From NCBI GenBank assembly GCA_046045965.1, contig JBJOKS010000019.1, positions 51,361 to 115,360 of the forward strand: a DNA stretch of 64,000 nt, in the 5' to 3' direction. Positions 28,405-39,554 of this stretch are shown here, one piece after another. The DNA comes from Cyanobacteriota bacterium (GTDB lineage Bacteria; Cyanobacteriota; Cyanobacteriia; Cyanobacteriales; Nostocaceae). Numbering within the stretch: the first letter of the stretch is position 1; every line of letters starts with the position of its first letter. The notes under the pieces are model-generated. The model did not search any database and was not told where the DNA came from. It saw only the letters and a list, made by a program, of their open reading frames with translations. The translations under genes were made by a program, and so were the position numbers.

Positions 28405-29211
28405 ATGATTAAAACTCCTCTCCGTTATCCTGGTGGTAAATCAAGAGCGATCAAACAAATAGCCCAACATTTACCAGCAAACTTTACCGAATTTAGAGAA
28501 CCATTAGTTGGTGGTGGTTCTGTTTTTATTTATCTTAAACAAACCTACCCTAACTTAAAAGTTTGGATCAATGATTTAAACAGAGAACTATATTTATTTT
28601 GGTATATTGCCCAAGAAAATTTATCTAAATTAGTTTCCGAAATTCTCTATATCAAAGAAACCCAAAAAGATGGAAAAAAGCTATTTACAGAATTAACCAA
28701 TATAGAAGATATTAATAAATTAACAGACTTAGAAAGAGCAGTTCGTTTTTTTGTCCTAAACAGAATTACCTTTTCAGGTACAATAGAATCAGGCGGATTT
28801 TCCTTGGAAGCATTTCATAAACGTTTCACCGATTCATCAATAGAAAGATTAGAAAAATTAGCAGAAATTTTAACACCAGATATCAGAATTACAAACCTAG
28901 ATTACAGTGAACTATTACAAGCAGCAGGAAAAGATGTATTTATATTTCTAGATCCCCCTTATTTGGGCAATAAAAATTCCAAACTATATGGAAAAGATGG
29001 AGACTTACATACAAAATTTGATCATCAAAAATTTGCAGATCATTTAAAAACCTGTCCTCACAAATGGTTAGTCACCTACGACAACTCAGAACAAGTACAT
29101 CAAAACTTTACCTGGGCGAAAATTGCCCAATGGGAACTACAATATGGCATGAACAATTATAAACAGAAAACAGCAGAAAAAGGACAAGAACTTTTTATTA
29201 CTGGATCTTAA
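28405..29211 (+). CDS. Dam-family (D12 class) DNA adenine methyltransferase, probably GATC-specific orphan
   Basis: LRYPGGKS, EPLVGGGSV, NRITFSG, FLDPPY; no adjacent endonuclease. Confidence 0.88.
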   Translation: MIKTPLRYPGGKSRAIKQIAQHLPANFTEFREPLVGGGSVFIYLKQTYPNLKVWINDLNRELYLFWYIAQENLSKLVSEILYIKETQKDGKKLFTELTNIEDINKLTDLERAVRFFVLNRITFSGTIESGGFSLEAFHKRFTDSSIERLEKLAEILTPDIRITNLDYSELLQAAGKDVFIFLDPPYLGNKNSKLYGKDGDLHTKFDHQKFADHLKTCPHKWLVTYDNSEQVHQNFTWAKIAQWELQYGMNNYKQKTAEKGQELFITGS

Positions 29212-29257
29212 ACTAAGAATGACTACATTTATCAAGTAAATATAAAGACTAGGAAAT

Positions 29258-30271
29258 ATGTTAAACTATTTAGAAAATCTCAAGCATTCTACCTTGAAAC
29301 TACGGAAATATCTGAGTATTTTTTTTATTAGTACCTATTTACTATTTGCTTGTCATACTTCGACACCAACAGAATTAAAACGCCCTCCCTTGAAAATACC
29401 ATCTGGATATTTTGTTGGGGAGTATCCAGGCATCATTGCTCAAGAAAAAGGATTCTTCAAAGCCCAAGGGGTCGATGTGAAACTAATTCATAAACAGTAT
29501 ATCCAATTGGTACAAGCAAATTTTAATGCGGGTAAGTATGATGGCATTATATCTTCTTTGGGAAGTTTTATGATCTTGAGTGCCACAAATCCAGATATAC
29601 AAGGTGTGATGGTTGTAGATGAATCAACAGGAGCAGATGCAGTAGTCGCCCAATCAGAAATTAAAACCGTTGCTGACTTGAAAGGTAAAAAGCTGGGTAC
29701 AAATATAGGCGGTTTTAGCGAAGTTTTCGTGACTGAAATGTTGAAAAAAGCTAACTTAACCAGGGATGACGTGAACTTGGTTAAATTAGAGGCTTCAGAA
29801 ATTCCTCAAAGCCTAAAAAATAATGTTATTCAAGCCGGAAACACTTGGGAACCCCATATTTCTAAAGCTATAAAATCAGGGGGACATATTTTATTTACCA
29901 GCAAACAAACCCCAGGCTTGATTTTAGATCTGATGGTCTTTCGCAAAGAGATAATCCGCGATCGCCCCGAAGATGTGCATGCATTTTTGCGAGCATGGCT
30001 GCAAGCAGTAAACTACTGGAAAGCAAATGTTCAAGAAGGAAACGCTATCATCAGCAAAGTGTTAAAAATTCCTAGCAATACAATCTCTCTTGAGGGAGTA
30101 AATCTAACTGATTTAGCAGAAAATCAAAAATTCTTTCAATCTACGAACCCTAACTCCATCTACAAAACGGCCAAGATATATGCAGACTTTTTTATTCGCG
30201 CTGGAAACATAACGCGCCTTCCTGAGTTAAAAAGTTTGTTCAATTCTTCTTTCTTGAATCCTATCTCCTAG
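29258..30271 (+). CDS. SsuA/NMT1-type periplasmic substrate-binding lipoprotein
   Basis: Lipobox-like LFAC; IAQEKGFF, DESTGADAVV, ADLKGKK, TWEP. Confidence 0.85.
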   Translation: MLNYLENLKHSTLKLRKYLSIFFISTYLLFACHTSTPTELKRPPLKIPSGYFVGEYPGIIAQEKGFFKAQGVDVKLIHKQYIQLVQANFNAGKYDGIISSLGSFMILSATNPDIQGVMVVDESTGADAVVAQSEIKTVADLKGKKLGTNIGGFSEVFVTEMLKKANLTRDDVNLVKLEASEIPQSLKNNVIQAGNTWEPHISKAIKSGGHILFTSKQTPGLILDLMVFRKEIIRDRPEDVHAFLRAWLQAVNYWKANVQEGNAIISKVLKIPSNTISLEGVNLTDLAENQKFFQSTNPNSIYKTAKIYADFFIRAGNITRLPELKSLFNSSFLNPIS

Positions 30272-30280
30272 TATAAAGCC

Positions 30281-32059
30281 ATGCAGCAGACTTTTTTGGG
30301 TGGAATTCGTAGAAAGTTGATCGCCTCATTTCTAATTGTTGCTTTAATTCCGTTGCTGTTATTGGCATCTATTAACAAACAAACAACAGAAAACGCACTT
30401 ACTGAAAATGCAAAACAGGCTTTATCTGCGGCGGCTAAGGAAACAACTAACAAAATAGATGCTTTTATTGATGCCAATCTCAATGCTGTGCGCGTAGAGG
30501 CAATTTTACCAGGTTTGGCACGTTACCTTAGCCTCACTCCACAACAGCGAAATGATAGCCCCGAAATGCAATTGGCAACAGAAACATTAAGCCGTCTTAG
30601 TCGCAAAGATATGTTCAACATTCTCTCATACTCCTTGCTCGATTTAAACGGGAAAAATGTATTGGATACGAAAACATCAAATATTGGCAAAGACGAATCA
30701 GCAACAGATTATTTTCAACAAACTCTGCATACTGGCTTATCTTTTGTTTCTAGCATGAAGCGATCACCAAAAATTCCTGATCTGGTTACTCTCTTTTTTA
30801 GTAGTCCAGTTCGCAATGTCAAGGGCGATATATTGGGTGTATTGCGAGTTTCTTACAATGCGACTGTTGTGCAGCAATTAGTAACTAGAGAAACTGAGAA
30901 AGCTGGGGCTAAATCTTTTGCTATTCTTTTGGATGAAAATAATATTTATCTCGCACATAGTACAGCACCAGAGCTAGTTTTTAAATCAATTGTGCCTCTG
31001 CCTTTGGCTGTTGTAAATCAACTGCAAAAAGAAGATCGTTTACCTAATTCTCCTATTAAAGAATTGGCAACTAATGAGCCAAAACTCAAGCAAGCATTAG
31101 ATAATAAACAATCGTATTTAATTACATCTTTGGCAGCAACAGAGAAGCAGGTAAATCTGATTGCGATCGCTCATTTAAAATATAAACCTTGGTCTGTGTT
31201 ATTTGCACAACCCCTTAGTGTTGCCCTAGCACCTGTAGAAAAGCAAATTCGTGACGCAATGTTTCTATTTACAATTATCGCTTCAGTAGTGACAATTATT
31301 GCTTTTGCTATTGGGCAACTGCTAACAAAGCCAATAATTTACCTTACAAATATAGTGTCCCAGTTTACCGCAGGTAATTTAGATATCCGCGCCAAAGTTG
31401 GTTCAAAAGATGAAATAGGTCAACTTGCAAAATCGTTTAACAACATGGCACTTGAATTACAAATATCTTTGGAAACTTTGGAACAAAGGGTACAGGAAAG
31501 AACAACAGAATTAGTAATTGCAAATCAGAAACTAGAACAACTGGTAAATCTCGATGGTTTGACTCAAGTGGCTAACCGTCGCTGCTTCAATGAACGACTG
31601 CAAGCAGAATGGACTCGCCTTGCACGAGAACAACAACCCCTAGCACTGATTTTATTTGATGTTGATAAATTCAAACTTTACAACGACTATTATGGTCATC
31701 TTGGAGGCGATGATTGTCTAGTCAGAGTAGCTCAAACAGTGCAAAAAACAGTTTATCGTCCGGCTGATCTCGTAGCACGTTACGGTGGAGAAGAATTTTC
31801 CATACTCCTTCCTAATACTGACTTAGCGGGAGCAATTCAAGTAGCAAAAAATATTCAGCAAGCAATTCACGATCTAGCCCTTCCCCATGCCAAGTCTGAT
31901 GTCAAGGATATTGTTACCGTTAGTATGGGAATTTGCTCACTCATACCCTCTGTGGACATAAAGCCAGATATACTCATCAGTTCAGCCGATCAAGCATTGT
32001 ACAATGCCAAACAACAGGGGCGCGATCGCTATTGTTACTCATCAGATCAGATGACGTAG
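30281..32059 (+). CDS. Membrane diguanylate cyclase (Cache-HAMP-GGDEF)
   Basis: Two TMs flank a periplasmic domain; HAMP (DEIGQLAKSFNNM); DGLTQVANRR; RPAD I-site with GGEEF. Confidence 0.92.
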   Translation: MQQTFLGGIRRKLIASFLIVALIPLLLLASINKQTTENALTENAKQALSAAAKETTNKIDAFIDANLNAVRVEAILPGLARYLSLTPQQRNDSPEMQLATETLSRLSRKDMFNILSYSLLDLNGKNVLDTKTSNIGKDESATDYFQQTLHTGLSFVSSMKRSPKIPDLVTLFFSSPVRNVKGDILGVLRVSYNATVVQQLVTRETEKAGAKSFAILLDENNIYLAHSTAPELVFKSIVPLPLAVVNQLQKEDRLPNSPIKELATNEPKLKQALDNKQSYLITSLAATEKQVNLIAIAHLKYKPWSVLFAQPLSVALAPVEKQIRDAMFLFTIIASVVTIIAFAIGQLLTKPIIYLTNIVSQFTAGNLDIRAKVGSKDEIGQLAKSFNNMALELQISLETLEQRVQERTTELVIANQKLEQLVNLDGLTQVANRRCFNERLQAEWTRLAREQQPLALILFDVDKFKLYNDYYGHLGGDDCLVRVAQTVQKTVYRPADLVARYGGEEFSILLPNTDLAGAIQVAKNIQQAIHDLALPHAKSDVKDIVTVSMGICSLIPSVDIKPDILISSADQALYNAKQQGRDRYCYSSDQMT

Positions 32060-32138
32060 ATATAGCCTAGCTGTGAAGGGTTTTACTCCAGACTCCTGCT
32101 ATATTTAGGCTTGCTGAGAAAATTACTTTACTTCTTAC

Positions 32139-32174
32139 TTTGCGCCTTTGCTCCTTAGCGCCTTTGCGCGAAAC
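32139..32174 (-). repeat. Solo copy of the GxxExxY-flanking repeat
   Basis: Reverse complement GTTTCGCGCAAAGGCGCTAAGGAGCAAAGGCGCAAA nearly matches 6479-6514. Confidence 0.85.
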
Positions 32175-32251
32175 AAAAAACCTACAACTCAAACAAAAAA
32201 ACCCGCATTTTTCGGTAGGATCACACACAGCCTAATTACAGAACTCCCAAA

Positions 32252-33307
32252 ATGACAAACTTACCAGATCCTAATATTTGGTCAAACCTACTCAAACAAT
32301 TATTAGAAAACCAATCATTATCCCGCACCCAAGCAGCCGAACTGATGCAAGGATGGATCAACGAAACCATCCCCCCAGAACTATCAGGAGCAATATTAAC
32401 AGCACTTCACTTTAAAGGAGTTTCTGCCGAAGAACTCACAGGAATGGCAGAAATATTAAAATCTTTATCTGTTCAGACTACACACGACAACAGCCAAAAC
32501 CCCATTCCCCTAGTTGACACCTGTGGAACTGGTGGAGACGGTGCATCAACCTTTAACATCTCCACCGCCGTAGCCTTTGTCACTGCTGCTGCGGGTGTAC
32601 CAGTCGCTAAACATGGCAGTCGTTCCGCCTCCAGCTTAACCGGTAGCGCCGACGTTTTAGAAGCTTTAGGTGTCAACCTCAACGCCCCCAGCGAAAAAGT
32701 ACAAGCAGCAGTGGAAGCAGTGGGAATTACCTTTTTATTTGCCCCTGGATGGCATCCTGCACTTAAAGCCGTTGCCCCATTGCGGAGAAATTTAAAAGTT
32801 AGGACAGTATTTAACCTACTCGGACCCTTAGTAAACCCCATGCGCCCCACAGGGCAAGTAATAGGTGTATTTGATCCCAAACTGATTGAAACCATCGCCC
32901 AAGCATTAAATAATTTGGGAACAGAAAAAGCAATAGTATTGCATGGTAGAGAAAAATTAGATGAAGCCGGGTTAGGGGATATAACAGATTTGGCAGTATT
33001 ATCTGAAGGGAAAGTACAGTTAACCACCGTCAACCCGGAAGCAGCAGGAGTTACACCCGCACCGATCACAGCCTTAAAAGGTGGGAATGTGCAAGAAAAT
33101 GCCGAAATTTTAACCAACGTCCTCAAAGGGAAGGGAACTCCAGCCCAACAGGATGCAGTCGCGCTAAATGCCTCCTTAGCGTTACAGGTTGCGGGTGCAG
33201 TTCCCCTATTAAATCATGGTCAAGGTGTGACACTCGCTAAGGAAATTCTACAAAGCGGTAGCCCCTGGAAAAAGTTGGAACAGTTAGTTGAATTCCTGGG
33301 GGATTAG
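32252..33307 (+). CDS. trpD: Anthranilate phosphoribosyltransferase
   Basis: [41 protein letters not shown]. Confidence 0.96.
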   Translation: MTNLPDPNIWSNLLKQLLENQSLSRTQAAELMQGWINETIPPELSGAILTALHFKGVSAEELTGMAEILKSLSVQTTHDNSQNPIPLVDTCGTGGDGASTFNISTAVAFVTAAAGVPVAKHGSRSASSLTGSADVLEALGVNLNAPSEKVQAAVEAVGITFLFAPGWHPALKAVAPLRRNLKVRTVFNLLGPLVNPMRPTGQVIGVFDPKLIETIAQALNNLGTEKAIVLHGREKLDEAGLGDITDLAVLSEGKVQLTTVNPEAAGVTPAPITALKGGNVQENAEILTNVLKGKGTPAQQDAVALNASLALQVAGAVPLLNHGQGVTLAKEILQSGSPWKKLEQLVEFLGD

Positions 33308-34283
33308 TATGTGAGTGAGTTTGGGGACGAAATTCCACAACATTGCGTTTGATAGTAACGTCATAATTACCAAAAAAGTCATGTCCTAACAATCCCGTTT
33401 CCAGTTCTTCACCAGCGATCGCCACAGGAACCTGACTGACAGTTACCCCGCCAACTTCCATCGAATTCAGGTAAGCAACGGGAAATTCCACATCTTTGGA
33501 ACTCACAGTGTTAGCTTTAGCAATCCCCACAGGTACTACACCTAAAGCCTGTGCTACTTGTTGAGTAATCACAGTGCCACTAGCGCCTGTATCCACAATC
33601 ATCTCAAAACGCTGCCTACCATTAAAGGTAACTTCCACAATGGGAGTACCACCCACTCGCCGCTTAATGGGTACTATAAAGACCTGATTATTGTAGGCGA
33701 GGGTTTCCGATGAAGGTAAAATCGGTTCTGGTGGTGGTAGTGGTTGTACTGTTCTCCCAGGCGTGGGACTTGAATAACGTTGTAGTTTCGGTTTTGGTTT
33801 GGGAACTGCAACAACTACCTGTTGATCCGGTACTACAGGAGATGCTAAGGTACTGGGGTTAGCTTTCTGTTTAGCTACTTTGATTTGACCTTGGTATTCG
33901 CCAATCTTTCTTTGAGCAAAGGGAAAATTAGGACTGTCTCGCCGCACTTGTTTCATGAGGGCGATCGCATCCTCAAACCTACTCGCTACCAAATTCCAAT
34001 CATCAGGAGATTGGGCAGATTGACTGATACTCACAGCAGCAGCAGCTTGATCCAGCGCCAATTCTAAAGCACTTGGTTCTGTTACCGATGGTTCTACTTT
34101 TGGTTGTGGGTTGGCTGGTTTCTTCGCAGGCGGCTGTATCGCTGCCAAATTGCCAATAGGCACAGAAGGCTGACTACCGCCAGTCCCCTGTGTCTGTTTG
34201 TTGTCACTGCAAGCAATAGTCAAAACCGCCAAACTACCGGACAAAAAAAATAGGGTTGCGCGGGATAAAAAAGACTCAAGCAT
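33237..34283 (-). CDS. Retropepsin-like (clan AA) aspartic protease lipoprotein
   Basis: Lipobox [13 protein letters not shown] and GLLGHDFF. Probable ATG 34283. The 3' end overlaps trpD by 71 bp. Confidence 0.85.
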   Translation of the reverse strand: MLESFLSRATLFFLSGSLAVLTIACSDNKQTQGTGGSQPSVPIGNLAAIQPPAKKPANPQPKVEPSVTEPSALELALDQAAAAVSISQSAQSPDDWNLVASRFEDAIALMKQVRRDSPNFPFAQRKIGEYQGQIKVAKQKANPSTLASPVVPDQQVVVAVPKPKPKLQRYSSPTPGRTVQPLPPPEPILPSSETLAYNNQVFIVPIKRRVGGTPIVEVTFNGRQRFEMIVDTGASGTVITQQVAQALGVVPVGIAKANTVSSKDVEFPVAYLNSMEVGGVTVSQVPVAIAGEELETGLLGHDFFGNYDVTIKRNVVEFRPQTHSHTNPPGIQLTVPTFSRGYRFVEFP

Positions 34284-34546
34284 AGTTACTTTCAGGTTAA
34301 CCGCCCTGGGTCTCTCCAAGTGTAGCGTCCCCACAGAATTAAAGATGCTTCAAGCTTGACTACTTAATTGATGATTTAATAAATAAGGGATTGGTGATTG
34401 GGGAAAAAGTGATTCAATTTTGGATTTTGGATTTTGGATTGTTTTTCTCAACTCCAATCTAAAATCTAAAATCTAAAATTATTCTGCCTCCTGCCTCCTG
34501 AACTCCTGTAACTCCTGAACTCCTAAACTCCTATTCGATATTACTT

Positions 34547-35704
34547 ATGTCTTTATCTGACCCAATACCCGCTTTACTTGTCCTAGCAGATGGAACTGCT
34601 TATCACGGTTGCTCCTTTGGTGCGATGGGAACAACCATCGGTGAAGTAGTATTTAACACTGGAATGACTGGATATCAAGAAGTATTAACAGACCCCAGTT
34701 ATACAGGTCAAATTGTCATTTTTACCTATCCAGAATTAGGAAATACAGGTGTTAATCCCGAAGATGAGGAATCAACAAAACCTCATGTCAGAGGTGCGAT
34801 CGCTCGCAACATCTGTCAAAAACCCAGTAACTGGCGATCAACACAATCTTTACCAGACTACCTGAAACAACACCAAATCCCCGGAATCTTCGGTATTGAC
34901 ACCCGCGCCCTCACCCGCAAAATTAGAATGTATGGCGCTATGAATGGTGGTATTTCTACATCTATACTAGATGAGGCTGAATTATTAGAACTGGTGCAAG
35001 CTGCTCCCAACATGGCAGGATTAAATCTGGTGCGCGAAGTCACCACCCCAGCAGTTTATGAATGGTCAGAGGCTACTACAGAAGCCTGGGAATTTAACCC
35101 AGAGGCTGTAGCTAAAATTGGGGAAACCTTCACCGTTGTGGCTCTGGATTTTGGTGTAAAACGCAATATATTACGTCGCTTGGCCAGTTATGGCTGTCGG
35201 GTAATAGTTGTTCCTGCCAATACACCAGCAGATGAAATTCTCAAATACAATCCAGATGGGATATTTCTTTCCAACGGACCTGGTGATCCAGCCGCAGTCA
35301 CAGAAGGTATTAGCACTGCTACAACACTACTAGAAAGTCAAAAACCCATATTTGGCATTTGTATGGGACACCAAATTTTAGGTCATGCTTTGGGAGCAGA
35401 AACCTTTAAACTGAAATTTGGACATCGGGGTTTAAATCAACCTGCGGGTTTACAACAACGGGTAGAAATTACCAGCCAAAACCACAGTTTTGCTATTGAT
35501 CCGGATTCATTACCATCAGCAGTGGTAGAGGTTAGTCATCTGAACTTAAACGATCGCACTGTTGCTGGGGTACGTCACAAATCTCTACCTGTCTTTTCTG
35601 TACAGTATCACCCAGAGGCTAGTCCAGGACCCCACGATGCTGATTACCTGTTTGAGCAATTTGTGTTAGAAATGCAAACAGCACGTCAAACAGCGATCGC
35701 TTAA
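34547..35704 (+). CDS. carA: Carbamoyl-phosphate synthase small subunit
   Basis: [41 protein letters not shown]. Confidence 0.97.
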   Translation: MSLSDPIPALLVLADGTAYHGCSFGAMGTTIGEVVFNTGMTGYQEVLTDPSYTGQIVIFTYPELGNTGVNPEDEESTKPHVRGAIARNICQKPSNWRSTQSLPDYLKQHQIPGIFGIDTRALTRKIRMYGAMNGGISTSILDEAELLELVQAAPNMAGLNLVREVTTPAVYEWSEATTEAWEFNPEAVAKIGETFTVVALDFGVKRNILRRLASYGCRVIVVPANTPADEILKYNPDGIFLSNGPGDPAAVTEGISTATTLLESQKPIFGICMGHQILGHALGAETFKLKFGHRGLNQPAGLQQRVEITSQNHSFAIDPDSLPSAVVEVSHLNLNDRTVAGVRHKSLPVFSVQYHPEASPGPHDADYLFEQFVLEMQTARQTAIA

Positions 35705-35722
35705 GTTAATCAAAAGTAAAAA

Positions 35723-35837
35723 TAGGTAATAGGTAATTGGTAATCGGTAATGGGTAATTGGTAATGGGTAATTGGTAATGGGTAAAAGTCTTTCCCAGTC
35801 CCCAGTCCCCAGTAAAGAGTCCCCAGTCCCCATCCCC
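35723..35837. repeat. STRR arrays (GGTAAT[T/G])n and (CCCCAGT)n
   Basis: Tandem heptamers 3' of carA. Confidence 0.9.
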
Positions 35838-35918
35838 TAATTTCCAACCTAGACAACTTACGTCAAAACCATCTATACTTGAGCGTTTACTTTCAGTTAA
35901 GAGGACGAGGAGGGAGTT

Positions 35919-36281
35919 ATTGCTGAACCACTGAATCTAACCGTGAGCCTGAGAGGTACTCGCGAAGTCCGGGATAACTGCCAGCTATTCCGCCTCACAG
36001 GTTTGTTAGATGCTTTTTCTGAGCCGACATTTCGCAAGGTGTTGTCTGGTAAGATTGAGGAAGGTCCAAAGCATATAATTCTGGATCTCTCACAAATCGA
36101 CTTTGTTGATAGCTCTGGTTTGGGTGCGCTGGTACAACTAGCCAAGCTGGCTCAAACCGCCGAAGGCACTTTGCAAATTGTCACCAATGCCCGCGTTACT
36201 CAAACGGTCAAGCTCGTTCGCTTGGAGAAGTTTCTCTCCCTGCAAACTACAGTTGAAACCGCTCTAGAGAACATTAAGTAG
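35919..36281 (+). CDS. STAS-domain anti-sigma factor antagonist
   Basis: ILDLSQIDFVDSSGLGALV. Start is either GTG 35943 or in-frame ATT 35919 behind a strong SD. Confidence 0.88.
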   Translation: MAEPLNLTVSLRGTREVRDNCQLFRLTGLLDAFSEPTFRKVLSGKIEEGPKHIILDLSQIDFVDSSGLGALVQLAKLAQTAEGTLQIVTNARVTQTVKLVRLEKFLSLQTTVETALENIK

Positions 36282-36543
36282 TCTGAATTGCTTGATCACA
36301 GAAAATTAAGTTGGCTATCTCAATGATCAAGAGGAAGATGAGGAAGGTGAAGAGTATATCATTTCTCCATCTTCCTCATCTGCCCAAACTCCCCAATCTA
36401 CCCAATCAGGAATATATATATAGTTTCAGTAATATTTGTTAGTTTTCAATATGCTAGGTATGTTATGATGGCATACTGCACAAAAAATAAATGTTCGTAA
36501 AGATAATCTTCCCAATGTTAGTAGGTCAAGGAATGATGAACAG

Positions 36544-37023
36544 GTGAACCCCCAGGAGGAAGAGGCTAAAAATGCAGGAGATGAAACTGTAATACACAAT
36601 TCATCTGACATTCCAGCATTGTTGGTAAACACAAAGCAAATACCCCAACCAATATCCCAGGCACAAGTACAACAAATTTCTCCTTCTGCCTTAGCTTACT
36701 TGGGGGACGCAATTTACGAACTGTATGTTAGAATGTTTTTTCTGTGGCCACAGCAAAGGCCAGAAATTTACCATCGTTTGGTAGTGGCGCAGGTCAGAGC
36801 AGAAACACAAGCCTTACATTTGCGATCGCTGACTCCGCATTTAAGGAGTAACGAGTTAGAAATTGTCCGCCGGGGTCGCAATGCTGCCACAGGCCGCCCC
36901 AAGCGACTCAATCCCGAAATTTATCAACAGGCAACTAGTCTAGAAACTTTAGTTGGCTATCTATATCTTACCGATTACCCCCGTTTAACAGAACTGTTGC
37001 AAAAACTCCATCTAGAGAAATAG
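36544..37023 (+). CDS. mrnC: Mini-ribonuclease III
   Basis: ALAYLGDAIYELYVR, RRGRNA, YQQATSLETLVGYLYL; directly upstream of rlmB. Confidence 0.88.
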   Translation: MNPQEEEAKNAGDETVIHNSSDIPALLVNTKQIPQPISQAQVQQISPSALAYLGDAIYELYVRMFFLWPQQRPEIYHRLVVAQVRAETQALHLRSLTPHLRSNELEIVRRGRNAATGRPKRLNPEIYQQATSLETLVGYLYLTDYPRLTELLQKLHLEK

Positions 37024-37119
37024 TAAGTAGCTCAATCTCCCGATAGGAAAATCAGTTGTAACAGTTCATTAAATTGAGGGAATCTCGATGCTCACTTATT
37101 TACTAAATTCAATAATCCC

Positions 37120-38097
37120 ATGACTAACCAACCAAGAAAAATCAATCACACTGGCGAACCAAAACGTGGGCAACCCATCAAAATCAAGGGTAAGCGCGTT
37201 ATTACCAATCCTATTCGTCATCAAAGCAAGGCAGAAGTCAAACCCATCTCTCGTAAACCACGCCCATCTCACCATTCTTCCCAGCCAGTCTTAGATATCC
37301 AAGCCACAGAAGAAAGCGAAAGCGATCTCATCTACGGTCGTCATCCAGTATTAAGCGCATTAGAAAATCAACGCAATCTCAATCGTCTTTGGATTACTGC
37401 TCGTCTGCGCTACGATCCTCGATTTCATCATCTAATTCTCCAAGCCAAGGATAATGGCACAGTTATAGATGAAGTTGAACCCAAGCGTTTAGACCAAATC
37501 ACTAACGGAGCAAATCACCAAGGTATAGCAGCCCAAACTGCTCCTTATGCTTACATGGAATTAGATGATTTGATTACTAAGGCAAAATCAGTCAATGATC
37601 CAGTTATTGTTGTTGCTGATGGGATCACTGATCCTCACAACTTGGGAGCAATTATTCGCACAGCTGAAGCAATAGGCGCTCAAGGTTTAGTGATTCCCCA
37701 AAGAAGGGCTTCGGGGATCACTTCAACTGTGGTTAAGGTGGCTGCGGGTGCTTTAGAAAACTTTTCTGTAGCTAGAGTCGTTAACCTCAGCCGCTCTTTA
37801 GAACAACTCAAAGAAGCTGGTTTTTGGATTTATGGAACAGCTGCTACAGGTAGTGAACCTCTACATACAGTCAAATTCAGTGGACCTGTCGTTTTGGTAA
37901 TTGGTGCTGAAGGTGAAGGTCTGAGTATGTTGACACAACGATCCTGTGATGTTTTAGTCTCAATCCCCTTACAGGGTAAGACTCCTAGCCTAAATGCCTC
38001 AGTAGCAGCAGGGATGGGACTTTATGAAATTTATCGTCAACGTTCGTTAAATACCCATTATCTTGATAAATTACACACATTTTCTTTGAAAAAATAA
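37120..38097 (+). CDS. rlmB: 23S rRNA (guanosine-2251-2'-O)-methyltransferase
   Basis: [38 protein letters not shown] (SPOUT fold). Confidence 0.93.
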   Translation: MTNQPRKINHTGEPKRGQPIKIKGKRVITNPIRHQSKAEVKPISRKPRPSHHSSQPVLDIQATEESESDLIYGRHPVLSALENQRNLNRLWITARLRYDPRFHHLILQAKDNGTVIDEVEPKRLDQITNGANHQGIAAQTAPYAYMELDDLITKAKSVNDPVIVVADGITDPHNLGAIIRTAEAIGAQGLVIPQRRASGITSTVVKVAAGALENFSVARVVNLSRSLEQLKEAGFWIYGTAATGSEPLHTVKFSGPVVLVIGAEGEGLSMLTQRSCDVLVSIPLQGKTPSLNASVAAGMGLYEIYRQRSLNTHYLDKLHTFSLKK

Positions 38098-38185
38098 AAC
38101 TAAAAGAGTATAAAGAAATGTAAAACAGAATCAATCCAACATATTCTTTAACACCCGATAACACGTTTATAAATTTGTCAAAACC

Positions 38186-38488
38186 ATGAAAACTATTTGG
38201 CATAACCTTAAAGAAGGGCTGATTAGCGTATCTAACGGTCTAGGCTTGGCTTGGTGGGTAGAGATTGTCACCCAAAATCCTCGTTGCACCTACTACTTTG
38301 GTCCGTTTTTAAGCTCGGTGGAAGCCACATCTGCCAGTAAGGGCTACGTAGAAGATTTAGAAATCGAAGGAGCGCAAGGAATTATTGTCAATGTCAAGCG
38401 GTGCAAACCTTATGTTTTAACCATTGCCGAAGACCTGGGGGAAAGGATTGACCGTAAAGTAAAGCCTGCCTTTAGCGGTCAAATGTAG
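38186..38488 (+). CDS. DUF1816 family protein
   Basis: WWVEIVTQNPRCTYYFGPF...GYVEDL..EGA. Confidence 0.8.
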   Translation: MKTIWHNLKEGLISVSNGLGLAWWVEIVTQNPRCTYYFGPFLSSVEATSASKGYVEDLEIEGAQGIIVNVKRCKPYVLTIAEDLGERIDRKVKPAFSGQM

Positions 38489-38622
38489 TACAAATCCATA
38501 GGCTGTCATCGTTCCTGGGTTAATTCTGGGAACGCTGGCCAACATCCCAACCCTTCGGGAAGTCAAAAGTCAAAAGTCAAAAGTCAAAAAGTTTTTGAAC
38601 TAATGACTACTGATTTCCTTTT

Positions 38623-39450
38623 TTAATCTTGAATTACCTGTGGATGTGCTTCTAACCAATGATCAATATCCCATAGTAGCTGCTGGGGAATTTCCCAGGG
38701 GAAAAGATGGGCTGTATTGGGGTAACATTGCCATTGAGAATTTTTGAGATGCCGTGCTGTTTCTAAACTAGAATCAGCAGTAATATGGCGGTCTTCAGAT
38801 CCAGCGAGTACGAAACTAGGACATTGTATTTTTTCCAAGTCCGGAAGTCGATTATAACCAGCTTTTATGGCGTTATAGAGAGCGCGAGTAGCATGGGGAG
38901 AAGTCTGTAAATAAGCTTGTACGGCTTCCCTGGCAATGTAACCGTAAGCTGTAGGTGTATGTTGTTGGATTAAATAGCGAAAGAGCGATCGCTTACCAAA
39001 AGTTTCAATATTCCAAGACCAAGCTGGTTTTATATAGTTCAATATTCCCGCTACACCAGTATAAACATTATCCTGCCAAGAGATAGGCGGATGATTTCCC
39101 CAAGGTCTAGCTGAGGTTGCTACTAAAATCAGCCCTGTGACTCGCTGTGGTAAACGCAGTGCTAATTCCATCGCCAAAATTCCCCCCAGTGACCATCCCA
39201 ATACTAAACATTTTTCAATCTCAAAGCGGTCTAGGAGTGCTTCTAAGTCATCTAAATGGTCTTGCATGGCAAAATTGCTATTACATCGGCTTTTACCGTA
39301 TCCGCGCAAATCTGGGGCAATGGTTTGGAAGCGTTTTGATAAATGATCAGTGAAAACAGAAAGATTGCGACCAGTACCAGGATGACCGTGTAACCCTAAA
39401 ATGGGAAATCCTTGACCTTGGATGTAGACGTTAAGAGGTTTATAATTCAT
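38623..39450 (-). CDS. Alpha/beta hydrolase
   Basis: LHGHPG, PDLRGYG, GWSLGG nucleophile elbow, AHLFPWE. Confidence 0.9.
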   Translation of the reverse strand: MNYKPLNVYIQGQGFPILGLHGHPGTGRNLSVFTDHLSKRFQTIAPDLRGYGKSRCNSNFAMQDHLDDLEALLDRFEIEKCLVLGWSLGGILAMELALRLPQRVTGLILVATSARPWGNHPPISWQDNVYTGVAGILNYIKPAWSWNIETFGKRSLFRYLIQQHTPTAYGYIAREAVQAYLQTSPHATRALYNAIKAGYNRLPDLEKIQCPSFVLAGSEDRHITADSSLETARHLKNSQWQCYPNTAHLFPWEIPQQLLWDIDHWLEAHPQVIQD

Positions 39451-39554
39451 AATTCATTATTCATAGTTGGGAATAGGGAATAGGGAATAGGGAATAGGTA
39501 ATTATTAATTGGTAATTGGGTTATTAACCTTACCAGTTCCTAGTCCCCAGTCCC

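Noticed and set aside
28405..29211. Restriction-modification system
   Set aside because: No adjacent endonuclease; it fits an orphan Dam-type methylase.
32473..33126. 217-aa antisense ORF (and similar shadow ORFs opposite carA, proA, STAS, lipB, obgE)
   Set aside because: These mirror real genes through codon bias and show no protein motifs.
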